From the NCBI GenBank assembly GCA_965644295.1, contig CBFFRP010000431.1, positions 1 through 64,000 of the forward strand: a DNA stretch of 64,000 nt, read 5' to 3'. Origin of the DNA: Paraphysomonas bandaiensis (taxonomy: Eukaryota > Protista > Chrysophyceae). Below the pieces are notes generated by a model. It was not told where the DNA came from, did not search any database, and was given only the letters and a program-made list of their open reading frames with translations. Shown in pieces: positions 61,845 to 64,000 of the stretch. A program made the position numbers and the translations under genes. The stretch's first letter is position 1. Every line of letters starts with the position of its first letter.

Positions 61845-62122
61845 CACTTGCTGCCTGCTGAAGTCAAACATCTGCGCTTTTCACCTTAACGACTCAAAAA
61901 TTCTGAAGTTAGCAGATGTCATGTACATTATACATTATACATCAACATTCAATGAAGTCACACAGTCGTGAATGTCTGATTATTAGCAATAGGCGTGCTG
62001 TTAGAGTCAGAACTAATGTCGGAAACAATATCACTAACTTGTGCTATACTCTGATATCCTACTATTTAGCGGTTTGCCCGTCACCGTAAACCACTTTTAA
62101 TCTATCACTCAAACCAAATGCA
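61845..62122. mobile_element. Family B fragment (+, 61845-61950) abutting an inverted tail-bearing fragment (-, 61966-62122)
   Basis: ctgaagtcaa.catctg...caccttaa..gact..aaaa..ctgaagttagcagatgtca, then gtgaatgtctgattattagcaataggcg...atcctactattta...tctatcactcaaa as in 39495-39580. Confidence 0.65.
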
Positions 62123-62527
62123 GCCAGTATCAAGCAGTTCTTAATGCGTAGTTGTATGTGAGTACAAATTATGACTAGGTTTGACACTAAAACTGATTAG
62201 GTTGAAGTAATTTCTTCCGTAGTGAAATACAATGGATCAATGGATAGCCTGCTTCGTAAGATGTCAGTAAGAATACCAATTCGTTCGATATCGTGCAAAG
62301 AATTGATGGCGTTCATTTCGCAATCCTGTGTTACAAGTATCTAAAATCCAGTGTACTGCTTTATTCTCGGTAAGTCTTCGGCTTCAAGCTTTGCTGTAGC
62401 ACTGAAAAACATTCCTTAACGCATGCTATAACGAGATAACTGATAATTCATTATTAGTTGACATAGTGGAACAATGGTTCTAAAAAATGTCTCTAAAGGA
62501 AATATCTCGCTAGGTACAACGCATGTT

Positions 62528-63726
62528 TTAACGACCACCAATAAAGTCATAAGCAGCCATACGCCCGGCTGCAAAACCGCCCGCACTATTGGTAGACTGT
62601 TGAGTGGGATCTCTTTCCTGTATTGCAGCCTGACCATGCTCCCGCTCATGCTGTCCCTCCGATTGTGCTACCTGCAGTTCAGACCGAAGCCAGTGTTCAG
62701 CCACCCTCAGTAGAGGTCCTGCCTCCCCTGTTTTCACATACGAAGCGTGCTCAGGTCTATAAACAGTAATATTTGCAACACAACACCTTTGGCTTTAAGT
62801 TCCTGCAACAACTCAAGATCCTCCACAGGACCTTGCCACCCTGTGAATCCTTTATTTGTCAGGTAATGCACGTGCGTAGGCCAGTCATCCAGCCCGTCGA
62901 AAATGTGGGTCGCATACCTATCAAATTTAACGGAGGAAAGATTAAAAAAGAAACATCGAGCAGTTAATCAACATACAGTATGGTGGCTCCCCTAGTCTCA
63001 GACTCCTTCCTCAGCCATCGCAAAAGGTCTTGACGCACGACTACATCCAAGGAAACAGTCACTTCGTCCAGAAGAAGTATCTTGAAAGGACGCAAAAGCC
63101 CAATAAATATCTGAACGCGTCGTCGTTGTCCGTCAGATACCTGAATGTATATTAAACGAAGGTGCGTAAGATTGATTCCCGTTTCCATACCATGTGCATG
63201 CGCCAGTTCAAGTCTATGCCTAACATTTTAACCAGCTCATCCCGACGCTCAGGGAAGTCATTCTGCAGCTTCGTCATCATACCATGAACCGGTATGTCCG
63301 CCTGTAGAGGGCATCCGTACCCAGCGAATGCAACAGTACGCATTCCCCAGTCGGTGTCTAGGTACGCCCGATCGAAGTTCAAAGTAGTATCATGAAAGGA
63401 CTCTCGACCAAGGATCATCACAGCACCATCAGGTTTCGTCAAATGACGACCGGCTAATATTCTGAGGATGGTGCTTTTACTGTATAAGGATACATACATA
63501 AGTATAATACAGCGAACAGCGAACAGTATCCATATCGCTTACCCTGCACCATTAGCCCCGATGAGCAGACAGCGTGCACCATTGGTAAGTTGCATGTTTA
63601 AGTTCCGCAGCACGGGCTGTAATAACAGTGAGACGCACAGGAACATGCCCTCCTATAGTAACACACCTGTTGTCCAGGATAAGCGAATGTAAGATCATTA
63701 ACATTAATATGAAGGGGTTGACTCAT
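62528..63726 (-). CDS. Soluble ABC ATPase, CAF16/ABCI-like, 6 exons
   Basis: Spliced Walker A GANGAG|KST, WRMHM|[10 protein letters not shown] signature, LLLDEVT Walker B and [12 protein letters not shown]; no TM domain. The stop position is slightly uncertain. Confidence 0.85.
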
Positions 63727-64000
63727 GTTCAATAATATCAATATATGTATTGGGATCTTATGGATGTGATATATGAGTGATCTGGAGTGTGTGATGTAGC
63801 TTGTTGTCTTTCTAAGGGCTCCAAATGACGTGATGAGAAATCCCTTCTACAGACCGCATACTCCTCTGCACTTGCGTATGAATCATATGGCAGGGTCTTC
63901 GTAGTTTGCGAGATTTCATTTCACAAAATTTGGGAATTTAAAGATATATTTTCAGAAATATACTATCTGGATTAGAAGAAACCCCACAATGCACTCTAAA

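Noticed and set aside
5274-63726. Alternative genetic code or stop-codon readthrough
   Set aside because: Every in-frame stop within conserved genes was resolved by a canonical short intron.

Overview
Eukaryotic nuclear DNA, AT-rich and gene-dense, with short (about 45-190 nt) spliceosomal introns. The gene set suggests a flagellated protist, possibly a stramenopile; this is inference only. I can support 18 protein-coding genes: LYR-like/DUF179, sulfotransferase-like, TRPV-like channel, WDR62/MAPKBP1-like, 4xPH-PDZ-EF-hand, WW-WW-MyTH4-FERM, WW/chromo-barrel/Gfo-Idh-MocA fusion, CSL4, PhyH-like dioxygenase, tandem SnoaL, calpain, two CaMK paralogs, pseudo-USP, kinesin, eIF5A, RCC1/BLIP-II-like surface protein and a CAF16/ABCI ATPase. 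Fourteen of these sit in head-to-head pairs, while repeats pile up mostly in the tail-to-tail gaps. The repeats are a decayed copia relic, a 5'-truncated RNase H-bearing non-LTR retrotransposon with an 11-bp target-site duplication, many short relatives sharing its 3' tail, and several MITE-like elements. The most notable signals are: a GNRA-capped 3'-tail hairpin shared by different element bodies and showing compensatory base changes; a 1-nt intron shift between the two adjacent CaMK paralogs; a reader/pseudo-oxidoreductase fusion; a near-perfect intragenic duplication of a bacterial-type SnoaL domain; and a TRPV-like channel with ankyrin repeats on both sides of the pore. All gene models were spliced by eye and no database searches were run.
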